Part shown: positions 17,513 through 27,432 of the stretch, in pieces
Position numbering within the stretch: the stretch's first letter is position 1
Layout: every line of letters starts with the position of its first letter
IMG/VR virus record: IMGVR_UViG_3300038361_000164
Location: 124,001 to 188,000 of that record
DNA length: 64,000 nt
Direction: 5' to 3' (one strand)
Notes under the pieces: generated by a model
What the model saw: the letters and a program-made list of their open reading frames with translations, nothing else
What the model was told of the DNA's origin: nothing
Databases searched by the model: none
Position numbers and translations under genes: made by a program

Positions 17513-17923
17513 TTAACTAGATACTAATAAAGAATGTTTTGGACTTGCAGAACCGATTCCAACATTGCCGTTTGCTGCCATATAATAAGCATTATTGCTC
17601 ATATTAAATTGATCGGACCAAGCCCATTTATTTTGCACATATTGTTTGAATTCACTGCGTGTAAGTTCAAATTCAGTTTCTTCACTCATTTCCAACATTT
17701 CAATTGCTGTGTCATATTGTGCTAAGTATGCTTGAGGACAGTTTAAATTAAAACGTTCTGTAACTTTTCCCTTTTTCTCTAACTTTCTTAATGCTTTTTC
17801 ATACTTCTTTTTTGCTTCTATTTTATAACCTTTTAAAGAAATAGTATAATCGCTTTTATGTTCTTTTCTATTCTCTTTTAACTTTTCTAAAAGGGCTGTC
17901 TTTTTTATTGTAACTTGTTGCAT
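17513..17923 (-). CDS. Hypothetical protein
   Basis: ORF track; C-terminal GNVGIGSASP. Confidence 0.55.
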   Translation of the reverse strand: MQQVTIKKTALLEKLKENRKEHKSDYTISLKGYKIEAKKKYEKALRKLEKKGKVTERFNLNCPQAYLAQYDTAIEMLEMSEETEFELTRSEFKQYVQNKWAWSDQFNMSNNAYYMAANGNVGIGSASPKHSLLVSS

Positions 17924-18607
17924 ATATCTGGTTGGTTAAGCTTAACTTGCGGAACAGTTGCTCTGCGACGCAATTCTTTTTGTATACTGTGAATTTGAGT
18001 ATCTAAAAAGAGTTCATCTTCATACTCATTAACATGTACCTTTTCTACTTTTGCGGAGGCCATAAGTTCCGCTAATTCCAGTACTGTATATTGTCGTAAT
18101 TCTTCATTATTCGTCATCGTCCATATCTGGTTTATCTGGTGTTATTAGTTTTAATAAAGCCACATCATTAACTGTGCCGTCTTTATTAATAAGTCCTTTG
18201 TCTTTTAACATTAGGAAAAATCTAGTTTGTATTTCAGTACAAAGACCTACAGAACGTGCGAAATCCCTGGGACTGTTTAATAAAGCATATGTATTTGCCA
18301 ACAGAAGCCATAGTTCATTATAACTTTGTAAAAGCTGTGTAGGCAGTCTTAAGATGTCCAGCAAAAATCCTTGTGCCACTCTATCTTCTTTTAAAACTAG
18401 TGCCAGGGATTCTACTGCCTGTGCGTAGTCTTTTATAAGTTCCTTCGTGTCGGGTACCTGAATATCTTTTTTTACAATGGGAAGTTCAGGCATATGTTTA
18501 AATCTTTGGCACATAGTCGTTTCTTTACAAACGTCACAAGTCGAAAAGAAGGTTTCTTTTTTTGTTGTAAATGCTATATCTGTGCATTCTTCACATAAAT
18601 GTTTCAT
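17905..18607 (-). CDS. Two hypothetical proteins (17905-18117; 18107-18607 with N-terminal CxxC pairs)
   Basis: ORF track; overlapping co-oriented ORFs. Confidence 0.5.
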
Positions 18608-18620
18608 AATTAGTACTTTC

Positions 18621-19145
18621 TTAGTTTTTGAAGTTGATATTCAATCCCATATCTTGTAGTTTAATCACTACCTCTGCGTTGCCCATCGCGTCATCAACTG
18701 GATGATGTGTGTGATGGGTGTCTCTTAGATGTTTCCAAGGTGCGTGCGCATCCTGTACTAATCCACAATATAAATCTCCTATTCTCCTCGCTGAGAATCC
18801 AAATATATTACTTCCTGTATATTTATGTAAATAATAATTAATCCACTGCCAATCAAAGGCGGGATTATCTGTTATAAAAGTTGGTCTTCTTTTTGGTGAG
18901 ACCTTGGCCACCCAATCTGCAAAACTTTTCATAGTTTTTTCCGGCTCTGGAAATGCCAAATGTTCTTCTCTTGAATATCCGCTTATGGCCAGAGCTTCTG
19001 GTATAAAGTTGTCTGTAATTGGAGCTGTTCGTCCAAAGAAAGTTTTCTTTTTTTCTTTCGGTTGTATCACAACAGCACCAAAACATACCATGGAGTAATC
19101 ACCTACATATTTTCCATCCGCTTCTACGTCAACTGAGATATACAT
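18621..19145 (-). CDS. DEDDh 3'-5' exonuclease family protein
   Basis: SVDVEADG, DNPAFDW, HHPVDDA; start placed at MYISVD. Confidence 0.8.
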   Translation of the reverse strand: MYISVDVEADGKYVGDYSMVCFGAVVIQPKEKKKTFFGRTAPITDNFIPEALAISGYSREEHLAFPEPEKTMKSFADWVAKVSPKRRPTFITDNPAFDWQWINYYLHKYTGSNIFGFSARRIGDLYCGLVQDAHAPWKHLRDTHHTHHPVDDAMGNAEVVIKLQDMGLNINFKN

Positions 19146-19729
19146 TATGTTGTTTCCCCCAAGTACTCTGTGCCTTCTGGAAATATTCTTTGCCAAGCAG
19201 CTGATACTCCCGCAACGGCCCATTTGCAATCATACATTCCTGTATGCTTGATTCCATTTACTTTTGGCTTAGGACAATCAAGGCGTCGTGCTAGATCAAT
19301 CATAGTTCTAGCGTCTCTATACATTCGATGGTTCCAAGGTAGTTTCCAGTCGTATGCATTGTATAGGTTTTTAATACAACCTAAATCGGTCAAAGGTGCT
19401 GTACACCATATGTATTTTGCCGAACCTTCTATTTTTACAAATTCATTTAATTCTGCACCTATCCATTTAATAGGTGTTGTAATTCTATTTACTAGGGGGG
19501 CACCAGCACTCTTATTTTGAATAAGCCACCAGGCAATTGTTTCACGTTCTATTGTTCCATAGCCATTTGTTTGCCAATCAAGTACATGATCGAAGCATTT
19601 TCCTATTTTTCCTGTTTCAGGATCAAAGTAGCATGCTGCTATTTGTAAGATTGGAGCGGTAGGTAAAATTCCTAGTGTCTCCAAGTCTATCATTATGTGT
19701 TCCATGGGTTTCTGTTTTATAGTTGCCAT
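19145..19729 (-). CDS. 3'-5' exoribonuclease (DUF5051/Rv2179c-like)
   Basis: MIDLETLG, ILQIAACYFD, W..RMYRDART, H...DC. Confidence 0.8.
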   Translation of the reverse strand: MATIKQKPMEHIMIDLETLGILPTAPILQIAACYFDPETGKIGKCFDHVLDWQTNGYGTIERETIAWWLIQNKSAGAPLVNRITTPIKWIGAELNEFVKIEGSAKYIWCTAPLTDLGCIKNLYNAYDWKLPWNHRMYRDARTMIDLARRLDCPKPKVNGIKHTGMYDCKWAVAGVSAAWQRIFPEGTEYLGETT

Positions 19730-20454
19730 GTTCCTCCTTTAAATTTATGACCTAGTGAGCCTCTCTGCTCTCTATATCGTGTTTCTTGTGCGGCTTTCAT
19801 TATCTCACGTAGTTGGTAATAGTCGGTAGCGAACATAATACCTAATCTTTCGGTTTTGTATATATACTGTTCCGCCGCAGACGCATCTCTTTGCCTATTT
19901 GATGACATAACCGCTTGTCGTCTACGATCTCCTAATTCATTTAAATTAAAAGGCAATCTGCCCAAAAGTTCATCACTGATATTTTTAATAGGTAATAACC
20001 TCGTGAGCTGGGGGTCTACATATATTCCCGGTAGTATTGGAAAGTGGGATTCATTAATAAACCCCAACATAACACTTGTTAATGAAATCCATTCTCTAGC
20101 TTGCGTCCAAGTCCAAATATCAAGGACATACTGACATTCTGGCATACTTGTCGGAGTTTTAACTAAAAAAAGTCCATATTCTTTGGCATTATTTTCATAA
20201 TACTTCAGAGGTTGCCAGGATGGAATGAAATGTTTCCAAAAGGATAATGCAAGTCTTTTGTTAGCTGCTATTGGTCCTCTCATTTTACATTTAGAACATT
20301 CAACCTGAAAGTGTCCTGCAGTTTCCTCCGCTTCTACTGTATCTACTAATGTGTTTGTTGTACAATGCGGACACCGGGTTAGATCGTTCCCAAGGTCTGA
20401 GTCGTTGTCTTCCCCGATATCCGCCAATGTCCAATGTTCGTTCTTTTGTCTCAT
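19717..20454 (-). CDS. Hypothetical protein with Lar-like N-terminal zinc finger
   Basis: CPHC...VECSKCKMRGP...ALSFW. Confidence 0.5.
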   Translation of the reverse strand: MRQKNEHWTLADIGEDNDSDLGNDLTRCPHCTTNTLVDTVEAEETAGHFQVECSKCKMRGPIAANKRLALSFWKHFIPSWQPLKYYENNAKEYGLFLVKTPTSMPECQYVLDIWTWTQAREWISLTSVMLGFINESHFPILPGIYVDPQLTRLLPIKNISDELLGRLPFNLNELGDRRRQAVMSSNRQRDASAAEQYIYKTERLGIMFATDYYQLREIMKAAQETRYREQRGSLGHKFKGGTWQL

Positions 20455-20471
20455 TCTGTTGTTTTTGGTTA

Positions 20472-21266
20472 TTAGTCCGTCCTAATAAAAGACGGAGTAT
20501 TGTGTTTATGCTGAGTACTCGCAATTTGCGCTTCGACTTTTCGTTTTACATCTGGATGGTTGTACACCTGCCCAGCCAATTCCGGCACGTCGAGTAGTAG
20601 CTGTTTGTGTCGTAGATAAGCATCAATTTCCTCATAAGTAAGTCCAAGTTCGGTTTCATCTGTTTGTCCTTCCCAAAGATCTGCTGAAGGAGCTCTGCGG
20701 TAGATTTCATCTAAAAGTTGACCACTATCAAGATAATGTTGAGCCAATTGATAAATTTCTGTTTTTAAGAAATTAATGACTGGTTCAAAATCAGAAGCCT
20801 GATCTCCCCATTTGGTGCAATAACCTAATAGGTGTTCTGTCAAGTTTTCTGTACCGATTACTAAACAATTGCCGTGTGCGGCATAATCATACAAAGTAAT
20901 CATTCTTAAACGCGCTTTTATATTTCCCACACGAAGATTGTCCTGTGAATTATTGAAAGTTTCACATAATACATTTAATGCCTCATCAAGCTCTGCGTTC
21001 CAAATATGCATTTCTAAAAGGTTAGCTTGTTTTATAGCAAGTTCATGTGTTTGATACCTACCCATAGGCATAGATATTGCAAATACGTTATTCGTTCCTA
21101 AGGCTTCTGCACTTAAACAAGCTACCAAAGCAGAATCTATTCCGCCTGACAGTCCAAGCACAACTCCAGTTTTACCTGCATTTTTTACAGTCTCTTCGAT
21201 GAACCTTATTATTTTGTTTCGTTCATTCTTTTTTATCATTTGATTCCTTTCTTTAAAAGTCTCCAT
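20472..21266 (-). CDS. nadE: NH3-dependent NAD+ synthetase
   Basis: VLGLSGGIDS, NIKARLRM..LY, GTEN.TE..LGY.TKWGD, PSADLWEGQTDE.ELG. Confidence 0.95.
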   Translation of the reverse strand: METFKERNQMIKKNERNKIIRFIEETVKNAGKTGVVLGLSGGIDSALVACLSAEALGTNNVFAISMPMGRYQTHELAIKQANLLEMHIWNAELDEALNVLCETFNNSQDNLRVGNIKARLRMITLYDYAAHGNCLVIGTENLTEHLLGYCTKWGDQASDFEPVINFLKTEIYQLAQHYLDSGQLLDEIYRRAPSADLWEGQTDETELGLTYEEIDAYLRHKQLLLDVPELAGQVYNHPDVKRKVEAQIASTQHKHNTPSFIRTD

Positions 21267-22116
21267 AATTTACTTGTATACATGTAAGGCCTAGTTCTTT
21301 GCGCCACATGTCTACAACTTGTTGTCGGTCATCTACTACAAAGTCCACATAGTATTTACCACGAATGTTTTCTTCAAACATACGTTTCTTAACTATGGAA
21401 TCTTTTTCGTTGTTTACCGTTTCACGTATAAACATGTCTATGAACGGCACTTTTTGTCCATGTAACCAATCTTTTGTATCTATTTCACAAATATCATCTC
21501 TGCCTGTAAATATTATGATTGGCACTGTCAGTGCTTGTGCTATTTGTATGACTGGTTTATTTGGAAGATCGTCTTTGACTTTCGAGAAATCAAAAGAACC
21601 TCTGTCGCCTCTAAGGGCTAATGTTCCGTCTACGTCAAATATCACACAATGGGGTAATGATGGGTCCTCGTCATATATTACAGGTAGAGGTGCTAAGTAT
21701 CTGTTATAGAAACTCCATATTACTTTTTCTCCTGCAGAGTTTTTCCGAAGAAGATCGCGTCTAACACATTCTTCTGGAGATATATCAAGGAATTTTTTAT
21801 AACTAACTTTAAGTTCTTCTGTAATACCTTTAGCGATTAAAGCTTCTCTATAAAGAGCTATTTTTGCTTTGTTTACATTAACATCTAAATTAGTTGCATC
21901 AAGTATAACACTGAATCCTTGTGAGAAAGCGCTAAGTACACAAGTATTTTCCCATTCAGTAATAAGATCTTCTTGTTTAGGTATCCAATATACTCCTCGC
22001 ATATTTCTAAGTGCATCCCTGCTTACGCGAATGTAGTTTTTGTTTTTCTTACAGAACTCCTCTGCCCAAGTAGATTTACCACTAGCCGGAAGTCCCTGTA
22101 GTATTGTTAATTTCAT
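21253..22116 (-). CDS. pseT: Polynucleotide 5'-kinase/3'-phosphatase (T4 PseT-like)
   Basis: GLPASGKST, RD..R, DATN, FDVDGTL, TGR, DDRQQVVDMWR. Confidence 0.93.
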   Translation of the reverse strand: MKLTILQGLPASGKSTWAEEFCKKNKNYIRVSRDALRNMRGVYWIPKQEDLITEWENTCVLSAFSQGFSVILDATNLDVNVNKAKIALYREALIAKGITEELKVSYKKFLDISPEECVRRDLLRKNSAGEKVIWSFYNRYLAPLPVIYDEDPSLPHCVIFDVDGTLALRGDRGSFDFSKVKDDLPNKPVIQIAQALTVPIIIFTGRDDICEIDTKDWLHGQKVPFIDMFIRETVNNEKDSIVKKRMFEENIRGKYYVDFVVDDRQQVVDMWRKELGLTCIQVNYGDF

Positions 22117-23152
22117 GTTCCTCCATGAATGGTGTTTCGTGTTTTGGTTTTAAGTTTTTCCATATTAAAGGATCTAGACTTTCTAAATCCAACAGTTTAA
22201 ATAAATAAAATGTATATCCTTTCTTAGTCTTGGCCCACTCTGCAATTTCTTTTCTAGTGGCATATATTGGAGCCTCATCAAATATTTCATATACCTTTCC
22301 TTTAATTTCTTTAAACCTATCGGTAAGGCCTTTTTTAGTAAGTTTAACCCAATCATAGAATTCATCTGGTACGTTATTTAGGATTTCATTGAACTCAGTG
22401 CCATCTCGTAAATATTCCCAAATGAGCCTACTAGTAACTCCAGTTAATATTCTGTGCAATCTAACATATTCCTCAAATTTGATCTTCATCATGAAGTTGT
22501 TAGAAAATCGTATAACATATCCTTCTTTGTTACTAAAGTTTTGATTCTTTAAAGTTTGGAAGTCTGTATATTTATACTCTTTAGCGTGGTCAAATCCTTG
22601 TCCCCAAATACTTTTAAAGTCCCCAGTTTCGTTGTGTACCTTAGCTAACAACACTATATCGTCTTTACCTTCGTACGTTATGACAATTCTATTTTCTGGA
22701 TAAATTATTTCAAAAAGATATGTTGTTTCTCTGTTGAAGGTTTTCCATAGATGTCGGTGTCTTGTATGTAGAAGTCTAGTTGCATGCATAGCTTGTTCAG
22801 AATTAAAACTACCCCTTGTGGCTATAAATGGGGTATTTCCGATCCAGTACATGATGCCTAGAGAGCCATCTAACTTTTCTAATATGGTGTAGGACAAATT
22901 CGGTATTTCTTCTGCCGTATGCTCTTCCATATTAAAAAATTTAGGGAAAGGTCTAGATACGGTATTATAATCTTTATCTAATATCAATCCTCTGGCTATT
23001 CTAGTACATTCATTCCAGATACCTTCATACTGTGCTGATTTACTATAATTATATAGCCACAAATCCGCTGTTGGATGTTTTTGTACATTTATATATTTCT
23101 TATGTACCATGTCCAACAATAATACTACATTAATCTTCGTAGTCATCATCAT
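22082..23152 (-). CDS. RNA ligase 1 family (Rnl1/RnlA-like)
   Basis: EKLDGSLG, ATRGSF, FEIIYPENRIV, EGYVIRF, KIKFEEY..LHR. Confidence 0.9.
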   Translation of the reverse strand: MMMTTKINVVLLLDMVHKKYINVQKHPTADLWLYNYSKSAQYEGIWNECTRIARGLILDKDYNTVSRPFPKFFNMEEHTAEEIPNLSYTILEKLDGSLGIMYWIGNTPFIATRGSFNSEQAMHATRLLHTRHRHLWKTFNRETTYLFEIIYPENRIVITYEGKDDIVLLAKVHNETGDFKSIWGQGFDHAKEYKYTDFQTLKNQNFSNKEGYVIRFSNNFMMKIKFEEYVRLHRILTGVTSRLIWEYLRDGTEFNEILNNVPDEFYDWVKLTKKGLTDRFKEIKGKVYEIFDEAPIYATRKEIAEWAKTKKGYTFYLFKLLDLESLDPLIWKNLKPKHETPFMEEHEINNTTGTSG

Positions 23153-24443
23153 ATGTTCTCTTAAAACACAGGTACCAAAAGTATCCTGGGTATAAGTAGC
23201 ATTTAACAAATTCTTCTTTTGTGTTTACAATGTCGTTAAGAGAATCTGAATACGAATCATTTGTAAATGTTTTAGCTAAAATAATGATATAATATGCTAA
23301 TAAAAACATGATTCCTACTATGATTAAAAATATGAAAAAGCCGTGCATAGTGCTCCTTTCTTAAAGTTTTCCTTTTTTTACGCCCTCTTTTACTTGTGCT
23401 TCAGTTATGAAAAAGAAGGGCATTTTTTTAGAATTCATAACTGTCTCATAATTTGGTTTCATACCAAACTGTCGTTCAAGTTGAGACTCTATTTGTCTGT
23501 ACATAAAAGCTGCGCTTGGGCTATACATAAGATCTATATCTAACATAATGTCCCAAGTTTTGTACTTATCGCGTCCCTCGTATCGAACCATTTTTGTCAT
23601 AGTGGTAAGTTGGTTATGATTTTAAGAGTTTCTGTAGTTACTTTTCCGAAGTATGCTTTCACTGTTAAGCTTCCATCTGTGAGGTCATACCAAGACTCTG
23701 GAATCCCCCTAAGAGTATGAGTCAAATCGTATACTGTATTCTTTCCTGCTTTGCAGTATAGAAAAGACTCTCTTCGATCTCCTGGTGTTTCGATTTTAAA
23801 AGCCGTTCCAGGAGCTAAACTGTCGATCAACTCAAACCCTGTTAATTCTGATTGTGCCATCTATTCGTCTCCTATTAAGTCAGCCCAATCGCTTTCAAAT
23901 ATATCATCATTTTCTTTGTAATCCTTCTCAATACGATCCACTACTTCACCACGGATACTACCCTCGTCCATATGATCATAAGCCTTTTGTGCTAAACGCT
24001 CTCTGTTTTCTTCAGTATTTTTAGTATGTTCGGGTTCAGGTCCCGTAATAAACAGTTTTAAGGTGCGGCCGTCATCTTGAATGTCTGTAGTTATTACAAA
24101 CTTCTTCTTTGTCCAAAGAACATACTCTCTGCCAGGCGGATCGCCAGTACAGTGATTGATTACTTCCAACCTGTTAAAGTCTGTCATTGTTTTTGGAATC
24201 TGTTCTGTGTTGCTCATTTTAGTTTCCTGGTTATATGCCGTGTGTGAATTCCGATTCAAGTTCTTCGAAATCCATTTCTTCCAGCTCTGTGATTTTTTTT
24301 GCTCTTAAATAGTCTAAAGCTATTTCTATAATGTCTTCTTTCTTTACAAGTAATTCGCCGTGATCATTTACAATGTTGATTAGATCTGGGCTTTTCTTCA
24401 TAACTATGAAAGAAGTATTTCCCGATTTCGAAGTATAGGACAT
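23130..24443 (-). CDS. Cluster of five small hypothetical proteins (23130-23348, 23361-23600, 23597-23860, 23861-24259, 24231-24443)
   Basis: ORF track; tight overlaps including ATGA at 23597-23600. Confidence 0.55.
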
Positions 24444-25027
24444 TATAGCATCTCAAGTTTGCCTATGGCATAGTTTAATACACGAGAAGATATATCATCT
24501 CCCTGTGCACGTTGTGAATGTAAAAACTCCATCAACTCATTTTCTTCTACCATAAACGATGTAATATCTTCCAAGGCTCCTAACTTTTGAGTGCCCTTTG
24601 CGAGAGGATTTAAAGTTCCCACTGCTGTGTATACTTTTTCCGCAGACATACCAGCACTACTTAGGGCTTCTCCATACATAAAAAGACGTTTCTTGATTAT
24701 ATATCCTGTTTCCTCTTCCACTTCTCTGGCAATAGCCTGTGCTGGTGTCTCGCCTTTGTCAACCATGCCGGCAGGAAATTCTATTACATAATTTTCTACT
24801 GAAGGTCTCCATTGACGAATTAATAACAGTTTATCATATTCACATCCGTTGGTATTGACCATTTTAAATATACCAACTACACCTTCTTGCTGCTTGGCTC
24901 GCTCTACAATTTCCCAATCAGATATTTTTTTTTGTCCCATAATTACTAACTGCTTAGACACAACTTTTAAATATAGTCCCTCATACAGTGTTATTCGGTC
25001 CTGCACCTGTATCCTTTTATTGCTCAT
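24443..25027 (-). CDS. Nudix hydrolase (ADP-ribose pyrophosphatase-like)
   Basis: IRQWRP...EFPAGMVDKGETPAQAIAREVEEETG. Confidence 0.9.
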   Translation of the reverse strand: MSNKRIQVQDRITLYEGLYLKVVSKQLVIMGQKKISDWEIVERAKQQEGVVGIFKMVNTNGCEYDKLLLIRQWRPSVENYVIEFPAGMVDKGETPAQAIAREVEEETGYIIKKRLFMYGEALSSAGMSAEKVYTAVGTLNPLAKGTQKLGALEDITSFMVEENELMEFLHSQRAQGDDISSRVLNYAIGKLEML

Positions 25028-25036
25028 TTCGTTCCT

Positions 25037-25624
25037 TTATGGTATATATAGGTTAATTGGATTGTTTTTGTGTATGTCCACATCCCATCCAAACTCATTA
25101 AATTGTTGTATATCAAAGGGATGTGTAATAATATGAAATCCGTTCTTTGTTGGAAGCGTCATTATTATTTTATCACCATCTGGTCTACACTCATTGATTG
25201 AAGCTCTCATTGTGTCAAGTAAATCTTGACCTATTGTTGGGTTATCGACATCTATAATCCATGTTTTTAGTTTGGCATTGTGGGTTTGTCCACATGCTTT
25301 ACTATATGAATTTGATATGGCCTGGCAATTACCGCTGTCCATTGTATTTGCTATATTCTGCAAGGTTTTTAAGGCCACTCTTCTATAGCTACGTTTGTTT
25401 AGACAGATCATTGCCCTTGCATTAAAAATGTCAGATAATTGTTTAATTTCTTCCCACTTTTTGTCAAGGTATTCAAGACTTCGAATGTAGTATATTTTAA
25501 TTACCCTACTGTTGGAGCTTAGGTTTTCATTTTCTTTGCTTCTTTGTATGATTTGCAAAAAATAGAAATCATCGTCCGATTCGAAAGTAAGTAAAGGTCT
25601 GATTTGTTCTAATACATTAATCAT
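25037..25624 (-). CDS. Conserved phage hypothetical protein
   Basis: WIIDVD...TKNGFHIITHPF...IHKNNP. Confidence 0.6.
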   Translation of the reverse strand: MINVLEQIRPLLTFESDDDFYFLQIIQRSKENENLSSNSRVIKIYYIRSLEYLDKKWEEIKQLSDIFNARAMICLNKRSYRRVALKTLQNIANTMDSGNCQAISNSYSKACGQTHNAKLKTWIIDVDNPTIGQDLLDTMRASINECRPDGDKIIMTLPTKNGFHIITHPFDIQQFNEFGWDVDIHKNNPINLYIP

Positions 25625-26239
25625 CTTCGCTCTCCGTCTCTTTCCAAGTTATGGTCCCTATGTCGGCGCGCAGTCTCCCTTCGTAAGCTCCTTCAACCAT
25701 TACTAGATCTTGTATTTTATCTAATAACTGAAAGGCAAGGTCTGCTTTGTCGTGGGGATCCTCACTGTATATGTTAATTTGTAAGTTCATAATGGTATCA
25801 CTCTTGATATGTCTTGAGCTGTTCTTGTAATTGAGATAACATCGTGTATATCCATACATTTAGCGAGCATACCCATTTGTATAAGAGCTTTTCCCATTTC
25901 TGTTAATAACTCCTCGTAAATCATTGTGATGTCGAAAAGGAATCTTTGGCCGTTTAGTCCGTCGAAAACCACAGTTCCTTCCTCTAACATATGCTCATAG
26001 TTGGTTTGTCTGTTAAATTTAAGTCCCAACAGGTGTCCTGTTTCTATAATTGATTCTACTGTCAGTGGTTCTCTAGTCATAATACTCCTCAAATCGTTTT
26101 TTCTGTTCCTCTGTGAGATCGTCGCCAATCCAATCTAAGATGCCTAAATTCTTATCAATATCCCACTGTTCTTGGGCACTTAGTTTGAAATAATTTTTAG
26201 GTCTCTTGAAGGACTCTTCATACATTTGTTGTTCTGTCA
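25617..26239 (-). CDS. Three small hypothetical proteins (25617-25859, about 25787-26080, 26072-26239)
   Basis: ORF track plus manual 55-aa ORF MTEQQMYEES... Confidence 0.45.
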
Positions 26240-26252
26240 TTATTTCTTTCCT

Positions 26253-26807
26253 TTAATTTTTCTGATATAATTTAACTACCTCAGAAGGTACCAGTTTATC
26301 TAACTGTTTCCAAGCTAGTATTAATGTAGGATTCGTTTCCTCTTTACGCAGATTAGTATAGAACTCTGAAGATTCTTTTTGATACATTTTATATTTGTGA
26401 ATACTATGATGTATGCTGAAATTTATGTTAGCTATTCGATCGCAAATCTTAACAAGTAAAGATATGTCATGATATTTACTTGTCTGGATTTTCTTATACA
26501 TAACATCTTTTCGCTCTTTTCGAGTTTTACCAACACCGTCAGTCACATCAAATACAATACATGCTACTGTTTCTCCAAATTCGTTTTCTAGTTGAGAATA
26601 CTTCAAATCAGTATCTTCAAGAATATCGTGTAATATACAGCCCATAATAAAGCGTTGTTCATTCTTAGGGTGCATTTCCGCTTTTCTAATCATAAACGAA
26701 GCTGTAGTAACTACAAGCTTTAAATGATAAGTATAGGGAAATATGTCATATCTCTGTCCATGATGTGCTGCTTCTGCAACTAACCATGCTTTTTCTATTT
26801 GTCCCAT
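26253..26807 (-). CDS. HD-domain hydrolase, RelA/SpoT hydrolase (Mesh1/SAH)-like
   Basis: AHHGQ...PY..HL, LHDILEDT, VTD, LVKICDR.AN. Confidence 0.85.
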   Translation of the reverse strand: MGQIEKAWLVAEAAHHGQRYDIFPYTYHLKLVVTTASFMIRKAEMHPKNEQRFIMGCILHDILEDTDLKYSQLENEFGETVACIVFDVTDGVGKTRKERKDVMYKKIQTSKYHDISLLVKICDRIANINFSIHHSIHKYKMYQKESSEFYTNLRKEETNPTLILAWKQLDKLVPSEVVKLYQKN

Positions 26808-27259
26808 TATATTGTCTCCGCTATGTCATATATCATATGAGCGTAGTTTGCGATGTCTGTACATTCCTTTCTTATCTGTTCAAGTTTGTTTTTAGTCTTT
26901 CCCGCTTCAAGAATTTCGCGAAGCTCGCCAAGTTCACCTTCAAGCTGCTCAAACAAATACCAATGACTACATTCTTCCCATCCACCTTTACGGTCGTTTT
27001 CTTTTAAGATTTCCTCCATCGCATATGCAAATTTAAATACTGATGGTCGGACTCCGCTGGCAAGAATGTCTGCAGTTCTTATTTCTGGCGCCGTTTGTGT
27101 TTGTGTTTGTGAGGGCTTGTTTAGTGTTTGAATATAATGTCTGTTCGGAGTATCATAATACCCTTTATCCCATTTTATAATATAGAATTCTCCTTTTTCC
27201 GTATCATAATATACTCCGTTATCATGATCCGCCATCATTCCTTCTGGTAAGTTTTTCAT
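26807..27259 (-). CDS. Protein with MazG-like (all-alpha NTP pyrophosphatase) C-terminal domain
   Basis: ENDRKGGWE...LEGELGEL...ECTDIANYAHM. Confidence 0.6.
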   Translation of the reverse strand: MKNLPEGMMADHDNGVYYDTEKGEFYIIKWDKGYYDTPNRHYIQTLNKPSQTQTQTAPEIRTADILASGVRPSVFKFAYAMEEILKENDRKGGWEECSHWYLFEQLEGELGELREILEAGKTKNKLEQIRKECTDIANYAHMIYDIAETI

Positions 27260-27432
27260 TGTTTCTTTTGGTTAAATGTCGTACATATCCTGAGGTGGAT
27301 ACTTTTGTTCTTCTATTATTTGATTGATCTTCTTATTAAGAAGCTTTTTTGTTTCTGTTGGATTATCACTAACTATTCCTTCCTTAACTATAGTAACAAT
27401 TTCCATTAGATGTGAATCGTCTAGTTTTATTT

